The position numbers and the translations under genes are program-made. The notes beneath the pieces were generated by a model, which made no database searches, was not told where the DNA came from, and worked only from the letters and a program-made list of their open reading frames with translations. A stretch of DNA of 64,000 nt from Bacillota bacterium (GTDB taxonomy: Bacteria > Bacillota > Sulfobacillia > JAJZYS01 > JAJZLH01). The DNA is taken from NCBI GenBank assembly GCA_021827745.1, contig JAKAUI010000037.1:6742-70741 (forward strand). The letters run 5' to 3'. Shown here one piece after another: positions 27,911-37,441 of this stretch (its first letter is position 1; the number at the start of each line of letters is the position of its first letter).

Positions 27911-29206
27911 ATGGGAGAGCGCTCGCACCAGTTGTATGAGAAGGCGGTCGCCTTGATGCCGGGCGGTGTGAACAGCCCGGTGCGCGCCTTTGGCGCCGTC
28001 GGCGGCGAGCCCTTCTTCACGGCGCGCTCAGCCGGGCCGTACCTATACACCGAAGACGGAGAGCGCCTCGTGGATTATGTCTCCTCCTGGGGGCCGCTGA
28101 TCCTCGGCCACGCCCATCCGGCCGTGGTGGCGGCCATCGCCCAGGCGGCCGCAGACGGCACCAGCTTTGGCACACCGTCCCGCCTTGAGGTCGAGCTGGC
28201 GGCACGCATCCACGCCGCCATGCCGGCCGTGGAGCGGATCCGGATGGTCAGCTCGGGGACGGAAGCGACGATGAGCGCCATCCGCCTGGCCCGAGCCGCC
28301 ACCGGACGGAGCCTGATCGTCAAGTTCATCGGCTGCTACCACGGCCACGTCGACGCCCTGATGGTGTCGGCCGGATCCGGGATGGCGACGTTGGGCATCC
28401 CGTCCAGCCCCGGCGTCACGGCGGCGGCCGTCTCGGACACGGTGGCCGTCCCTTACAACGACCTGGCGGCAGTCGCCGAGCTGTTCGACCAGCGCGGCGC
28501 TGAGGTGGCGGCCGTGATCGTGGAGCCGGTTGCTGGCAACATGGGTGTCGTGCCGCCGGTGGATGGCTTCTTGGACGGCCTGCGCCAGATCACGGCCGCG
28601 CACGGAGCCCTTCTGATCTTCGACGAGGTGATCACCGGTTTTCGAGTGGCCTACGGCGGGGCCCAGTCGCTGTGCGGCGTGCGCCCGGACCTCACCTGCC
28701 TCGGCAAGGTGATCGGCGGCGGTCTGCCGGTCGGAGCCTACGGCGGCCGCCGGGACCTGATGGCGATGGTGGCCCCTGAGGGAAAGGTGTATCAGGCCGG
28801 CACCTTGTCCGGCAATCCCCTGGCGATGGCGGCCGGAGCTGCCACGCTCGATCAGCTGGCGCTGCCGGATGCCTATCAGCGGCTGGAAGAGATGGCGATC
28901 ATGTTGGCCGATGGATTGGCCGAGGCGGCGAAAGCCAGCGGTGTGCCGCTGACGGTGAATCGGGCCTGGACCATCTTCACGACCTTTTTCAGCAGAACAC
29001 CGGTGCGGGATTTCTCGCAGGCGCAGGCCTGCTCTCTGGAGACCTACGCCCGCTACTTTCACGGCATGCTGGACCAAGGTGTGTTCGTGGCGCCGTCCCA
29101 GTTCGAGGCCATGTTTGTCTCTCTGGCCCACGACCCCGCCCTGATCAGCCGGACAGTGGCGGCGAGCCGCCAGGTGTTCGCTCGCCTGGCGGAGACTCAG
29201 TCCTAG
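27911..29206 (+). CDS. hemL: Glutamate-1-semialdehyde 2,1-aminomutase
   Basis: MPGGVNSPVRAF, SSGTEATM, GKVIGGGLP, APSQFEA. Confidence 0.97.
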   Translation: MGERSHQLYEKAVALMPGGVNSPVRAFGAVGGEPFFTARSAGPYLYTEDGERLVDYVSSWGPLILGHAHPAVVAAIAQAAADGTSFGTPSRLEVELAARIHAAMPAVERIRMVSSGTEATMSAIRLARAATGRSLIVKFIGCYHGHVDALMVSAGSGMATLGIPSSPGVTAAAVSDTVAVPYNDLAAVAELFDQRGAEVAAVIVEPVAGNMGVVPPVDGFLDGLRQITAAHGALLIFDEVITGFRVAYGGAQSLCGVRPDLTCLGKVIGGGLPVGAYGGRRDLMAMVAPEGKVYQAGTLSGNPLAMAAGAATLDQLALPDAYQRLEEMAIMLADGLAEAAKASGVPLTVNRAWTIFTTFFSRTPVRDFSQAQACSLETYARYFHGMLDQGVFVAPSQFEAMFVSLAHDPALISRTVAASRQVFARLAETQS

Positions 29207-30048
29207 GCCTGCAGCGTCGGGCCCGTAATCTCCTGTTCGAGCTGGGCGGCGACCTCGTCTGCCATCTCCACCGAGTGGGCGAGCGTGGGGAAGCTGCCGT
29301 CCGTCACGGCCTGGCGGTATGCCAGAAGCCCAGCCAGTGCCGTCTCGCCGACCTGGGCGAAGGCGTGGCTATGGCGCAGGCCGAGGTCCGGCATGGCCAG
29401 CAGGTCGTGCCAGACCAGCACCTGACCGGAGCAGCCGGGCCCGGCGCCGATGCCGATGGTCGGAACGTGCAGCTGGGCGGTGATCAAAGACGCCAGCCGG
29501 TGCGGCATCACCTCGAGCACGATGGCGAAGGCGCCGGCAGCCTCCAGATCGAGGGCGTCGGCGAGCACCAGGCGGGCGGCCTCGAGGGCGCGGCCCTGGG
29601 CCCGGCCGCTGCCCAGCGTGTGCACAGATTGCGGCGTGTAGCCGATGTGCCCCATCACCGGGATGCCGCACTCGACCATCTTCAGCACCGTCTCGGCCAC
29701 CCGGCTGCCGCCCTCCAGCTTGACGGCGGCGCAGCGCGCCTCCTTCATCAGGCGGCCGGCCGAGACGAGCGCCTGCTCGGTGGAGACCTGATAGCTCATA
29801 AACGGCATGTCGCCGATCACGAGGGCGTCTTGGGCCGCTCTCGCCACCATCTTGGTGTGGTAGATCACCTCGTCCAGGGTGACGCTGAGCGTGTCCGGAT
29901 AGCCCTGGACCACCTGGCCCAGAGAATCGCCCACCAAGATGGCGTCCACCCCGGCCTGATCGGCCAGCCGGGCAGACGGGTAGTCGTAGGCCGTGACCAC
30001 GCACAGGGGCTTGGGGCCGCGCACGAAGCGACGGACGGTCATCGGCAT
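29203..30048 (-). CDS. panB: 3-methyl-2-oxobutanoate hydroxymethyltransferase
   Basis: TAYD, LVGDSLG, DMPFMSY, VKLEGG, GIGAG. Confidence 0.96.
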   Translation of the reverse strand: MPMTVRRFVRGPKPLCVVTAYDYPSARLADQAGVDAILVGDSLGQVVQGYPDTLSVTLDEVIYHTKMVARAAQDALVIGDMPFMSYQVSTEQALVSAGRLMKEARCAAVKLEGGSRVAETVLKMVECGIPVMGHIGYTPQSVHTLGSGRAQGRALEAARLVLADALDLEAAGAFAIVLEVMPHRLASLITAQLHVPTIGIGAGPGCSGQVLVWHDLLAMPDLGLRHSHAFAQVGETALAGLLAYRQAVTDGSFPTLAHSVEMADEVAAQLEQEITGPTLQA

Positions 30049-30074
30049 CAGAAACTCCCTCCCGCGTGGTCTCT

Positions 30075-31058
30075 CTAGCGGATGTTCGCCCGTCTGACAC
30101 GTTCTCCCGCTTGCGGCCAGAACGGAGGCAGCGGCCAGTGGGTGCCGACCGTCCAGGTGCCGTCGTCATCAGGCGAAAACAGGTGGTCGAGCGTCATGGC
30201 CAGGAAGGCCAGCACCGCAGGCGGCCGTGGGGCGTCTTTGGGCGCGATCAGACAGGTGGTGCGGGCGAGATCGGCCAATCCCGCCACCGGCAGGGCGACC
30301 AGGCTGCCGGCGTCGAGCGCCTGCCGGACTGTGGTCAGAGGGACGAAGGCGGCGCCGAAGCCCAGTTGGACCATCGTTACCACAGCCTCCTGGCTGTCGA
30401 ACTCCAGGGCGACCTCGGGCGAGACGCCGGCCTGTTCCAGGGCGGCGTCGACGAAGGAGCGAAAGCGGGACGGAGCCTGATAGCCGACCTGCGGAAGCTG
30501 GCTCAAGGCCGATAGCGGGAGCGGGCTTGGCAGGTTTCGGGCCAGGGCCGGAGACGCCACCAGCACCACCGGGTCTCGGAACAAAGGGGTTGCGATCAGC
30601 CCACTGTGGCTGATGGGCACCGTGACGAAGCCGATATCCACATCGTTGGTCAAGACCCGCTCCACCGTCTCTTGAATCTGGCCGGTGCGGACATGCAGGC
30701 GAACCTTTGGCCAGCGGCTGGTGAAGGCGGCCAAAAGCGGCGGCAGCGTGTAGATGCTGAGCGCCGTCACCGACCCCACCCACAGATGGCCGCGGCCGGG
30801 GGTGTGCATGTCCCGGACCAGAACCTCAAGATCCGAGATGGTGGTGGAGACCCGCTTGGCGTAGGTGTAGACCAGCCGGCCCGAGGCGGTGGGGGAGACC
30901 TGGCGGCCGCGGCGGTCCAAGAGCAGCATGCCCAGCTCCTGCTCCAGCCGGGCGACCTGCTTGGTGACGGCCGGCTGACTGCGGTGCAGGACCCTGGCTG
31001 CCTTGGTGAAGCTCTCCTCTTCCACCACCCGGCAAAAGGCCAGCAGCTGATCCAGCAA
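30075..31058 (-). CDS. LysR-family regulator divergent from the oxidoreductase/citrate synthase operon
   Basis: SFTKAA..L..SQPAVT.Q...LE HTH plus substrate-binding domain. Confidence 0.93.
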   Translation of the reverse strand: MLDQLLAFCRVVEEESFTKAARVLHRSQPAVTKQVARLEQELGMLLLDRRGRQVSPTASGRLVYTYAKRVSTTISDLEVLVRDMHTPGRGHLWVGSVTALSIYTLPPLLAAFTSRWPKVRLHVRTGQIQETVERVLTNDVDIGFVTVPISHSGLIATPLFRDPVVLVASPALARNLPSPLPLSALSQLPQVGYQAPSRFRSFVDAALEQAGVSPEVALEFDSQEAVVTMVQLGFGAAFVPLTTVRQALDAGSLVALPVAGLADLARTTCLIAPKDAPRPPAVLAFLAMTLDHLFSPDDDGTWTVGTHWPLPPFWPQAGERVRRANIR

Positions 31059-31167
31059 GCCGGCACCTCATTCCTTGGCGCTATGGAACCGATACCTTGA
31101 TCGCATTTTCATTATAGGCGCCTGGAGTGTAGATTGGAGTCAGATTTGGACGCGAGGGGGCCCCGAC

Positions 31168-32919
31168 GTGGGCGAACTGGGCTGGAAGATCGGCGGCGAC
31201 CAGGGGGAGGGCATCGACTCCACCGGCGACGTGGTGGCCACCGTCGCCTGCCGTCTCGGCTACCACATCTATGGCTACAAGTCGTTCTCGTCTCGGATCA
31301 AGGGCGGGCACACCCACTACAAGGTGCGGATCGCCGACCATCCGGTGCGGGCGGCGAGCCCACACAGCGAGGTGCTGGTGGCGCTGACCCAGGAAACGAT
31401 CGACAAAAATGTGGCAGAGGTGCGTTCGGGCGGCGCCGTGGTCGCCGATGCCGCTTTTTCGCCGGCCTTGCCAGAGGGCTCGAAGTTGACCCTGATCAGC
31501 ATTCCGATGGCCCAGATCGCCCGCCAGATCGGCAATCCGCTGACCCGGAACATGGTGGCGGTGGGGGCGTCTGTGGCGCTGTTGCACCTGCCGATGGAGG
31601 CGTTTTCGGCCTATGTCGCTGAGAAGTTTGCAGCCAAGGGCGAACAGACGGTGCGCCAAAACCTGAGCGCGCTGCAAGAGGGTCACGCCGCCGCCCTGGC
31701 CCAGATGCCAGACGGGCTGGCCATGCAGCTGCCCAAGGTGGCGCCGTCCAAGAGGCTGTTGATCACCGGGAACCAGGCGGTGGCGCTGGGAGCGGTGCGG
31801 GCCGGCTGTCGGATCATGGCGGCCTACCCGATCACGCCGGCCACCGACATCATGGAGCAGCTGGTCACGCTCCTGCCGCGCTTTGGCGGCGTGGTCTGCC
31901 AGATGGAGGACGAGATCGCCGCCATCACGCTGGTGGTGGGCGCCTCGTACGCCGGGGTGCGGGCCATGACCGCCACCTCTGGGCCGGGATTCTCTTTGAT
32001 GCAAGAGGGGATGGGGTTGGCGGCCTCAGCCGAGGTGCCGGCCGTGATCGTGGACTGCCAGCGGGCGGGGCCCTCGACCGGCATGCCGACCAAGAACGAA
32101 CAGTCGGACATCATGGCGGCCATCTTCGGCGGCCACGGCGGGGCGGCTCGGGTGGTGCTGGCGCCGGGAACCCCGGAGCAGGCCTACCGCGACATCGGCC
32201 ATGCCTTCAATCTGGCTGAATCGTACCATCTGCCCGTGATCGTGGCGTCTGACCTGTCGCTCGGCGAGTGGCTGCAGACGATCGACGACCTGCCCCTGTC
32301 CGACATTTCGATCGAGCGCGGTCCGCTGGTCAGCGCAGCCGAACTTGAGGCTCCAGACGCTGCATTCAGCCGCTACCAGGTGACCGCCTCCGGCGTGTCG
32401 CCAAGGAGCCTTCCTGGCCAGGCCAAGGGCCAGTATCTGGCCACAGGCGTCGAACACCTGCCGTCCGGCAAGGTCTCGGAGGATCCGAAAAACCGCCAGC
32501 TGGAGATGGACAAGAGGGAGCGCAAGCTGGTCACCCTGAGTCAGCTCGAGTGCGGCACGGAGTATGTGGGACCAAAGCAGCCGGATCTTCTGGTCATCAC
32601 CTTCGGCTCCACGGTCGGGCCGGTGGACGAGGCGATCGCCATGGCCGAGTCGTCTGCCTCCGTGGGCCGGCTGCAGATTCGTCGGCTGTGGCCGTTTCCG
32701 ACGAGCGAGGTGCTTTTGGCTGCAGCAGCAGCCGGGGCCATCTTGTTCGTCGAACAAAACGCCCAGGGGCAGCTTTCTCAGCTGGCCGAGATGAGCGGGC
32801 TGCATCACCCGCGCACCACGCACCTGCGCCGCTACGACGGCACCTTGTTCCTGCCCGCAGAGATCCTGTCCGCCATCATGTCCGGCCGCCAGCTGGCGAC
32901 CACAGAGGGGGTGTCCTAA
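31168..32919 (+). CDS. korA: 2-oxoacid:ferredoxin oxidoreductase alpha subunit
   Basis: GGDQGEG, YPITP, EDEIAA, TATSGPG, QRAGPSTGMPT. Substrate not determinable from sequence. Confidence 0.9.
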   Translation: MGELGWKIGGDQGEGIDSTGDVVATVACRLGYHIYGYKSFSSRIKGGHTHYKVRIADHPVRAASPHSEVLVALTQETIDKNVAEVRSGGAVVADAAFSPALPEGSKLTLISIPMAQIARQIGNPLTRNMVAVGASVALLHLPMEAFSAYVAEKFAAKGEQTVRQNLSALQEGHAAALAQMPDGLAMQLPKVAPSKRLLITGNQAVALGAVRAGCRIMAAYPITPATDIMEQLVTLLPRFGGVVCQMEDEIAAITLVVGASYAGVRAMTATSGPGFSLMQEGMGLAASAEVPAVIVDCQRAGPSTGMPTKNEQSDIMAAIFGGHGGAARVVLAPGTPEQAYRDIGHAFNLAESYHLPVIVASDLSLGEWLQTIDDLPLSDISIERGPLVSAAELEAPDAAFSRYQVTASGVSPRSLPGQAKGQYLATGVEHLPSGKVSEDPKNRQLEMDKRERKLVTLSQLECGTEYVGPKQPDLLVITFGSTVGPVDEAIAMAESSASVGRLQIRRLWPFPTSEVLLAAAAAGAILFVEQNAQGQLSQLAEMSGLHHPRTTHLRRYDGTLFLPAEILSAIMSGRQLATTEGVS

Positions 32920-32920
32920 G

Positions 32921-33796
32921 GTGGCAGAGACGATCACTCTCGCCGACATCAAGACCGACGAGAAGTCGTGGTGGTGCCCCGGCTGCGGCGACTTCGGCGT
33001 GCTGGCCGCCCTGCAGAAGGCGGTCGTCGACCTGCAGATCGCCCCGCACCAGATGGTGATGGTGGCCGGCATCGGCTGCTCGGGGAAGATCGGAAACTAC
33101 ATCAACTCGTACAACATCCACGTGGTGCACGGCCGCACCCTGCCCACCGCCATGGGCGTCAAGCTGGCCAACCGCGGGCTCACGGTGCTGGCGGTGGGCG
33201 GAGACGGAGACGGCTTTGCCATCGGCATGGGCCACTTCATCCACGCCTGTCGGCGCAACGTGGACGTCACCTACCTGACCATGGACAACCACATCTACGG
33301 GCTGACCAAGGGTCAGAACTCGCCGACGTCGGATCGCGGCGCCAAGGTGAAGACGGCGCCGGAGGGCTCGATCGAGGCTCCGGTGCGGCCGCTGCAGATG
33401 GCGCTGGCCTCAGGCGCCACCTGGGTGGGCCAGGGATTCAGCTCCAACCAGGCCGAGCTGGTCGAGCTGATCAAGAGCGCCATCGGACACCGCGGCTTTT
33501 CCTTTCTGAACGTGATCAGCCCGTGCGTCACCTACAACAAGGTGAACACCTACGCCTGGTACAAAGAGGTGCTCCACACGCTGAAGGCTGATGCGGCCTA
33601 CCGCACAGACGACCGCCAGGCGGCGATGGGGCGGGCGATGGAGACCGAGGAGCTGGTGACCGGGCTTCTGTTCGAAGACCGAGACGCCGTTGCCTATGAG
33701 GACCAGGTCGCCGGGTATCGGGATGAGCCCTTGACCGAACAGTCCTTGGATCTGAGCGCGGCTGAGTGGGAGGACGTGCTGGCCGAACTGCGCTGA
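32921..33796 (+). CDS. korB: 2-oxoacid:ferredoxin oxidoreductase beta subunit
   Basis: WCPGCGD, GIGCS, TPP motif GDGD...DNHIYGLTKGQ, SPCVTYN. Confidence 0.92.
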   Translation: MAETITLADIKTDEKSWWCPGCGDFGVLAALQKAVVDLQIAPHQMVMVAGIGCSGKIGNYINSYNIHVVHGRTLPTAMGVKLANRGLTVLAVGGDGDGFAIGMGHFIHACRRNVDVTYLTMDNHIYGLTKGQNSPTSDRGAKVKTAPEGSIEAPVRPLQMALASGATWVGQGFSSNQAELVELIKSAIGHRGFSFLNVISPCVTYNKVNTYAWYKEVLHTLKADAAYRTDDRQAAMGRAMETEELVTGLLFEDRDAVAYEDQVAGYRDEPLTEQSLDLSAAEWEDVLAELR

Positions 33797-33883
33797 GCAC
33801 CGAATTGGCGGCAAAGGCGTAGAATGGGGGAGAACAACAAGCCAGTCGGCCCAGCCGGCGGCAGGGAGAAAGGGGAGAGCGAC

Positions 33884-35008
33884 ATGGAGGAAACGGTCGG
33901 TCGCGGCCTAGAGGACGTGGTGGTGGCAGAGTCGGACATCTGCTTCATCGACGGCCACGAGGGCAGGCTCCTGTACCGTGGCTACAATGTGGATGATCTG
34001 GCGGAGAAGGCCACCTATGAAGAGGTGGCCTATCTATTGTGGCATGGCCACCTGCCCAAGGCGGCCGAGCTGGCGTCCTTCACCCAGGCGATCGGTCGGG
34101 AGTCGTCGTTGCCGGCGGACGTGCTGGCCTTTTTGGCCGGGGTTCCGGCCGGGGCCACCCCGATGGAGGTGTTAAGAACAGCCGTTTCGATGCTGTCCTT
34201 GAGCGACCCCGCATCGGAGGAGATCAGCGACCAGGCGGACCGGATCAAGGCGCTGCGGCTTCTGGCCAAGACGCCAAGCATCGTCGCCGCCTTCGACCGG
34301 CTGCGCAATGGCAAGGAGCCGGTCAAGCCGCGCCCGGACTTTGGGCTCGCCAAGAACTTTTTGTACATGCTGCACGATGAGGCGCCCGTGGACGAGGACG
34401 CCCGCATCCTCGACGCCTGTCTGATCCTGCACGCCGACCACGAGCTGAACGCCTCCACCTTCGCCGCCCGGGTAACGGCCGGCACGCTGTCCGACATGTA
34501 CTCGGCGATCACCTCGGCCGTGGGTACCCTGAAGGGTCCGCTGCACGGGGGCGCCAACGAGCAGGTGATGCGCATGCTGCTCGAGATCGGGGCAGAGGAC
34601 AAGGTGGAGCCCTGGATCAAGGACGCGCTCGCCCACAAGAAGAAGATCTCCGGCTTCGGCCACCGCGTCTACCGGACGGAGGATCCGAGAGCCCGCCACC
34701 TGCGCGCCTTCTCCGAGGAGATCGGCACCCGGCGGGGCGACCTCAAGTACTTCCGCATGACCCAGAAGGTGGAGCAGACCGTGTTCGCCGAGAAGGGGCT
34801 CTACCTGAACGTCGACCTCTACTCCGGATCGGTCTACTACCAGATGGGCATCGCCATCGACCTGTTCACGCCGATCTTCGCCATTGCCCGCACCGCCGGA
34901 TGGACGGCGCACGTGATGGAGCAGCTGGCCCACAACCGACTGATCCGCCCCCGGGCCCAGTATGTGGGGCCCGAGCGCGAGCAGTGGGTTCCGCTCGAAA
35001 AGCGCTGA
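33884..35008 (+). CDS. citZ: Citrate synthase (citrate/2-methylcitrate synthase family)
   Basis: HADHELNAST, GPLHGGAN, GFGHRVY, NVD. Confidence 0.92.
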   Translation: MEETVGRGLEDVVVAESDICFIDGHEGRLLYRGYNVDDLAEKATYEEVAYLLWHGHLPKAAELASFTQAIGRESSLPADVLAFLAGVPAGATPMEVLRTAVSMLSLSDPASEEISDQADRIKALRLLAKTPSIVAAFDRLRNGKEPVKPRPDFGLAKNFLYMLHDEAPVDEDARILDACLILHADHELNASTFAARVTAGTLSDMYSAITSAVGTLKGPLHGGANEQVMRMLLEIGAEDKVEPWIKDALAHKKKISGFGHRVYRTEDPRARHLRAFSEEIGTRRGDLKYFRMTQKVEQTVFAEKGLYLNVDLYSGSVYYQMGIAIDLFTPIFAIARTAGWTAHVMEQLAHNRLIRPRAQYVGPEREQWVPLEKR

Positions 35009-35082
35009 TCGGCCGATCGCGGAGAAGGCCCCGGGCGCCCGCGCGCCAAAGGGGCCTTCCCCTATGCTGAGGAGGAACGCGG

Positions 35083-36495
35083 ATGGCGGATTGTGACCTT
35101 CTGGTCCTGGGCGGCGGCACCGGCGGCTACGAGGCCGCCATCAGAGCGGCAGAGCTCGGTCTGAAGACCGTGATCGTCGAGGAGGACAAACTGGGCGGCA
35201 CCTGCCTGCACCAGGGCTGCATCCCGTCCAAGGCCCTGCTTCGGACGGCGGAGGTCTGGGCGCTCGCCAAGCAGGCGGGGGAGTTCGGCGTCGAACTCGA
35301 GGTCAAGGGCCTGGACTACCCTTTGGCCCACGCCAGAAAGCGGCAGATCGTCGAGCAGCTGCACAAGGGCGTCGAGGGCCTGGTCAAGCGGGCCGGAGTC
35401 ACCGTCTACCACGGCCATGGCGCCCTCCTGCCGCCGTCCATCTTCGCCCCGGCCGGAGCCGTGGCGGTGGAGGCCAAAGGTGCTGAGACCGAAATGATCT
35501 CGCCAGACAAGATCATCATCGCCACCGGCTCCCGGCCACGAGCCCTGCCCGGCCTGCCCTTCGACGGTGCGCGGGTGATCAGCTCGGACCATGCCCTGGT
35601 CCAGGAGACGCTGCCATCGTCGGTCGCCATCGTCGGCGCCGGCGCCATCGGCTGCGAGTGGGCGTCTTTGTACGCCGATCTCGGCGTTGCCGTCACCCTG
35701 ATCGAACTGGCAGACGAGGTGCTGCCGCTTGAGGACGAAGAGATCGCCCGGGTGGTGAACCGGGTGCTCAGTCGGCGCCAGGTCAAGATCCTGACTGCCG
35801 CGAGGGTGCTTGCGGAGACCTATGAGGCGGGTGCGGACGGCATCTCGATCGGCGTGGCGGTGGGCGACACGAAAGAGACCGTGAGCGCGAGCCAGCTTCT
35901 GGTCGCCGTAGGCAGGGCGCCTGTGACCGACGGATTTGGGTTGGAGAACAACCAGCGGGTCAAGGTGGGCACTGGCGGCATCGAGGTGGACGGCCGCTGC
36001 CGGACCGCCGATCCCAACATCTTCGCCATCGGGGACGTGATCGGCCATCTGCAGCTGGCGCATGTCGCCGTGTTGGAGGGGCTGACGGCCGTCGAGGAGA
36101 TCGTGGGCCTGAGCCCGGATCCGGTCGACTACGATCGGCTTCCCCGCTGCACCTACAGCCGGCCGGAGGTGGCCTCGGTCGGCCTGACCGAGCGTGCGGC
36201 CGCGGAGGGCGGACGCATGGTGTCGGTCGGCAAGAGCTACTTTCGGGCCAACGGCAAGGCCCTGATCAGCGGCGACAGCGAAGGGCTGGTCAAGGTGGTC
36301 TGCGATCGCGAGCGTGGCGACCTGCTCGGGCTGCACATCGTCGGCCCGCACGCCACCGACCTCTTGCAAGAAGGGGTGCTGGCCCGCTGGATGGACGGGA
36401 CCGTCTTCGACCTGGCGGCCACCACCCACGCCCATCCGACCTTGGTCGAGAGCATCCGTCAGGCGGCGCTGGCCGCCCAAGGCGATCGTGCTTAG
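35083..36495 (+). CDS. lpdA: Dihydrolipoyl dehydrogenase
   Basis: GGGTGG, CLHQGCIPSK, GAGAIG, HAHPTLVE. Confidence 0.95.
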   Translation: MADCDLLVLGGGTGGYEAAIRAAELGLKTVIVEEDKLGGTCLHQGCIPSKALLRTAEVWALAKQAGEFGVELEVKGLDYPLAHARKRQIVEQLHKGVEGLVKRAGVTVYHGHGALLPPSIFAPAGAVAVEAKGAETEMISPDKIIIATGSRPRALPGLPFDGARVISSDHALVQETLPSSVAIVGAGAIGCEWASLYADLGVAVTLIELADEVLPLEDEEIARVVNRVLSRRQVKILTAARVLAETYEAGADGISIGVAVGDTKETVSASQLLVAVGRAPVTDGFGLENNQRVKVGTGGIEVDGRCRTADPNIFAIGDVIGHLQLAHVAVLEGLTAVEEIVGLSPDPVDYDRLPRCTYSRPEVASVGLTERAAAEGGRMVSVGKSYFRANGKALISGDSEGLVKVVCDRERGDLLGLHIVGPHATDLLQEGVLARWMDGTVFDLAATTHAHPTLVESIRQAALAAQGDRA

Positions 36496-37441
36496 AAAGA
36501 CCCTGATCGGCACCTTGGCGGCGCTTTGCCTCTTGGCGCTTTCTGCCTGCGGTCAGGCCAACACGGCGGTCCGGCAGTGGACGCTCACCTTGCCGCATGT
36601 AGCGGACCTGCAGGTGGTCGGCAGCCAGGTCGCTGTCAAGACCGGGTCGTCCCTTCTGGTCAGCGGCCTGTCCGCCTGGAAGCCCACGCAGTTGGCCATC
36701 AGCCCTGGGGAGTCCTGTGTGCTGAGCGGCGACGCCAAGGGCGACCTCGTCTGTCTGGTGCCTGCCCAGGGCGGCACCACAGTGCTGCTCCAGCCCCTGC
36801 ACGGCGTTGGGCTCTCGATCGCCGACCTGGTCCAGCCGGCTGCCGCCATGGTGGTCCGGTCGGATGCTGGCTTTGTGGTGGTGCAGATCACCATGGCCGA
36901 CGGCAGCCAACAGACGTTGGCCGTCGATCTGGCCAGTCAGGCGGTCTCCACCATCGCAGGGCCGCCGGTCCGTGCCATCGGCGTCGTCGGGTCAAGCTAT
37001 CTGGTCGAGTCGAGCGGCCTCAGCGGCAGCGCCTCTCTGGTTGCCGTCGCGCTGCCCAGCGGCACGGCGAAGACCCTGGCCGCACTGCCGGCTCCGCTGC
37101 TCGACCCGACGCTTTCTGGCAACTGGATCATTGGCTTTCCGCTGACGTCTCAGGCTTCGGCGCCCCGCTTTGACGCCTACAGCACGTCTGGAGGCCAGCT
37201 AGCGCACCTGGCGCTGCCGTCTGGGCTGCTCCTTCAGGCGCCCTACGCCGCGGGCCCCGGATATGTTCTGGTGCAGCGAAGCGGCATCTACAACGTCTTT
37301 TTGGCCCAATCCCAGACCATGGTCAGCCTGTCTCTCCCGGCCCAACGCAGCGATTTGATCGGAACGAACGGGCAGAACGCAGTCTACGTGCTGCAGGCAA
37401 AGACGCTGCACCTGGCTGAGATCCCCGCACAGACGCCCTAA
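36488..37441 (+). CDS. Lipoprotein, beta-strand rich (possible propeller), function unknown
   Basis: Signal peptide with lipobox LSAC; overlaps the lpdA end. Confidence 0.8.
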   Translation: MLRKTLIGTLAALCLLALSACGQANTAVRQWTLTLPHVADLQVVGSQVAVKTGSSLLVSGLSAWKPTQLAISPGESCVLSGDAKGDLVCLVPAQGGTTVLLQPLHGVGLSIADLVQPAAAMVVRSDAGFVVVQITMADGSQQTLAVDLASQAVSTIAGPPVRAIGVVGSSYLVESSGLSGSASLVAVALPSGTAKTLAALPAPLLDPTLSGNWIIGFPLTSQASAPRFDAYSTSGGQLAHLALPSGLLLQAPYAAGPGYVLVQRSGIYNVFLAQSQTMVSLSLPAQRSDLIGTNGQNAVYVLQAKTLHLAEIPAQTP

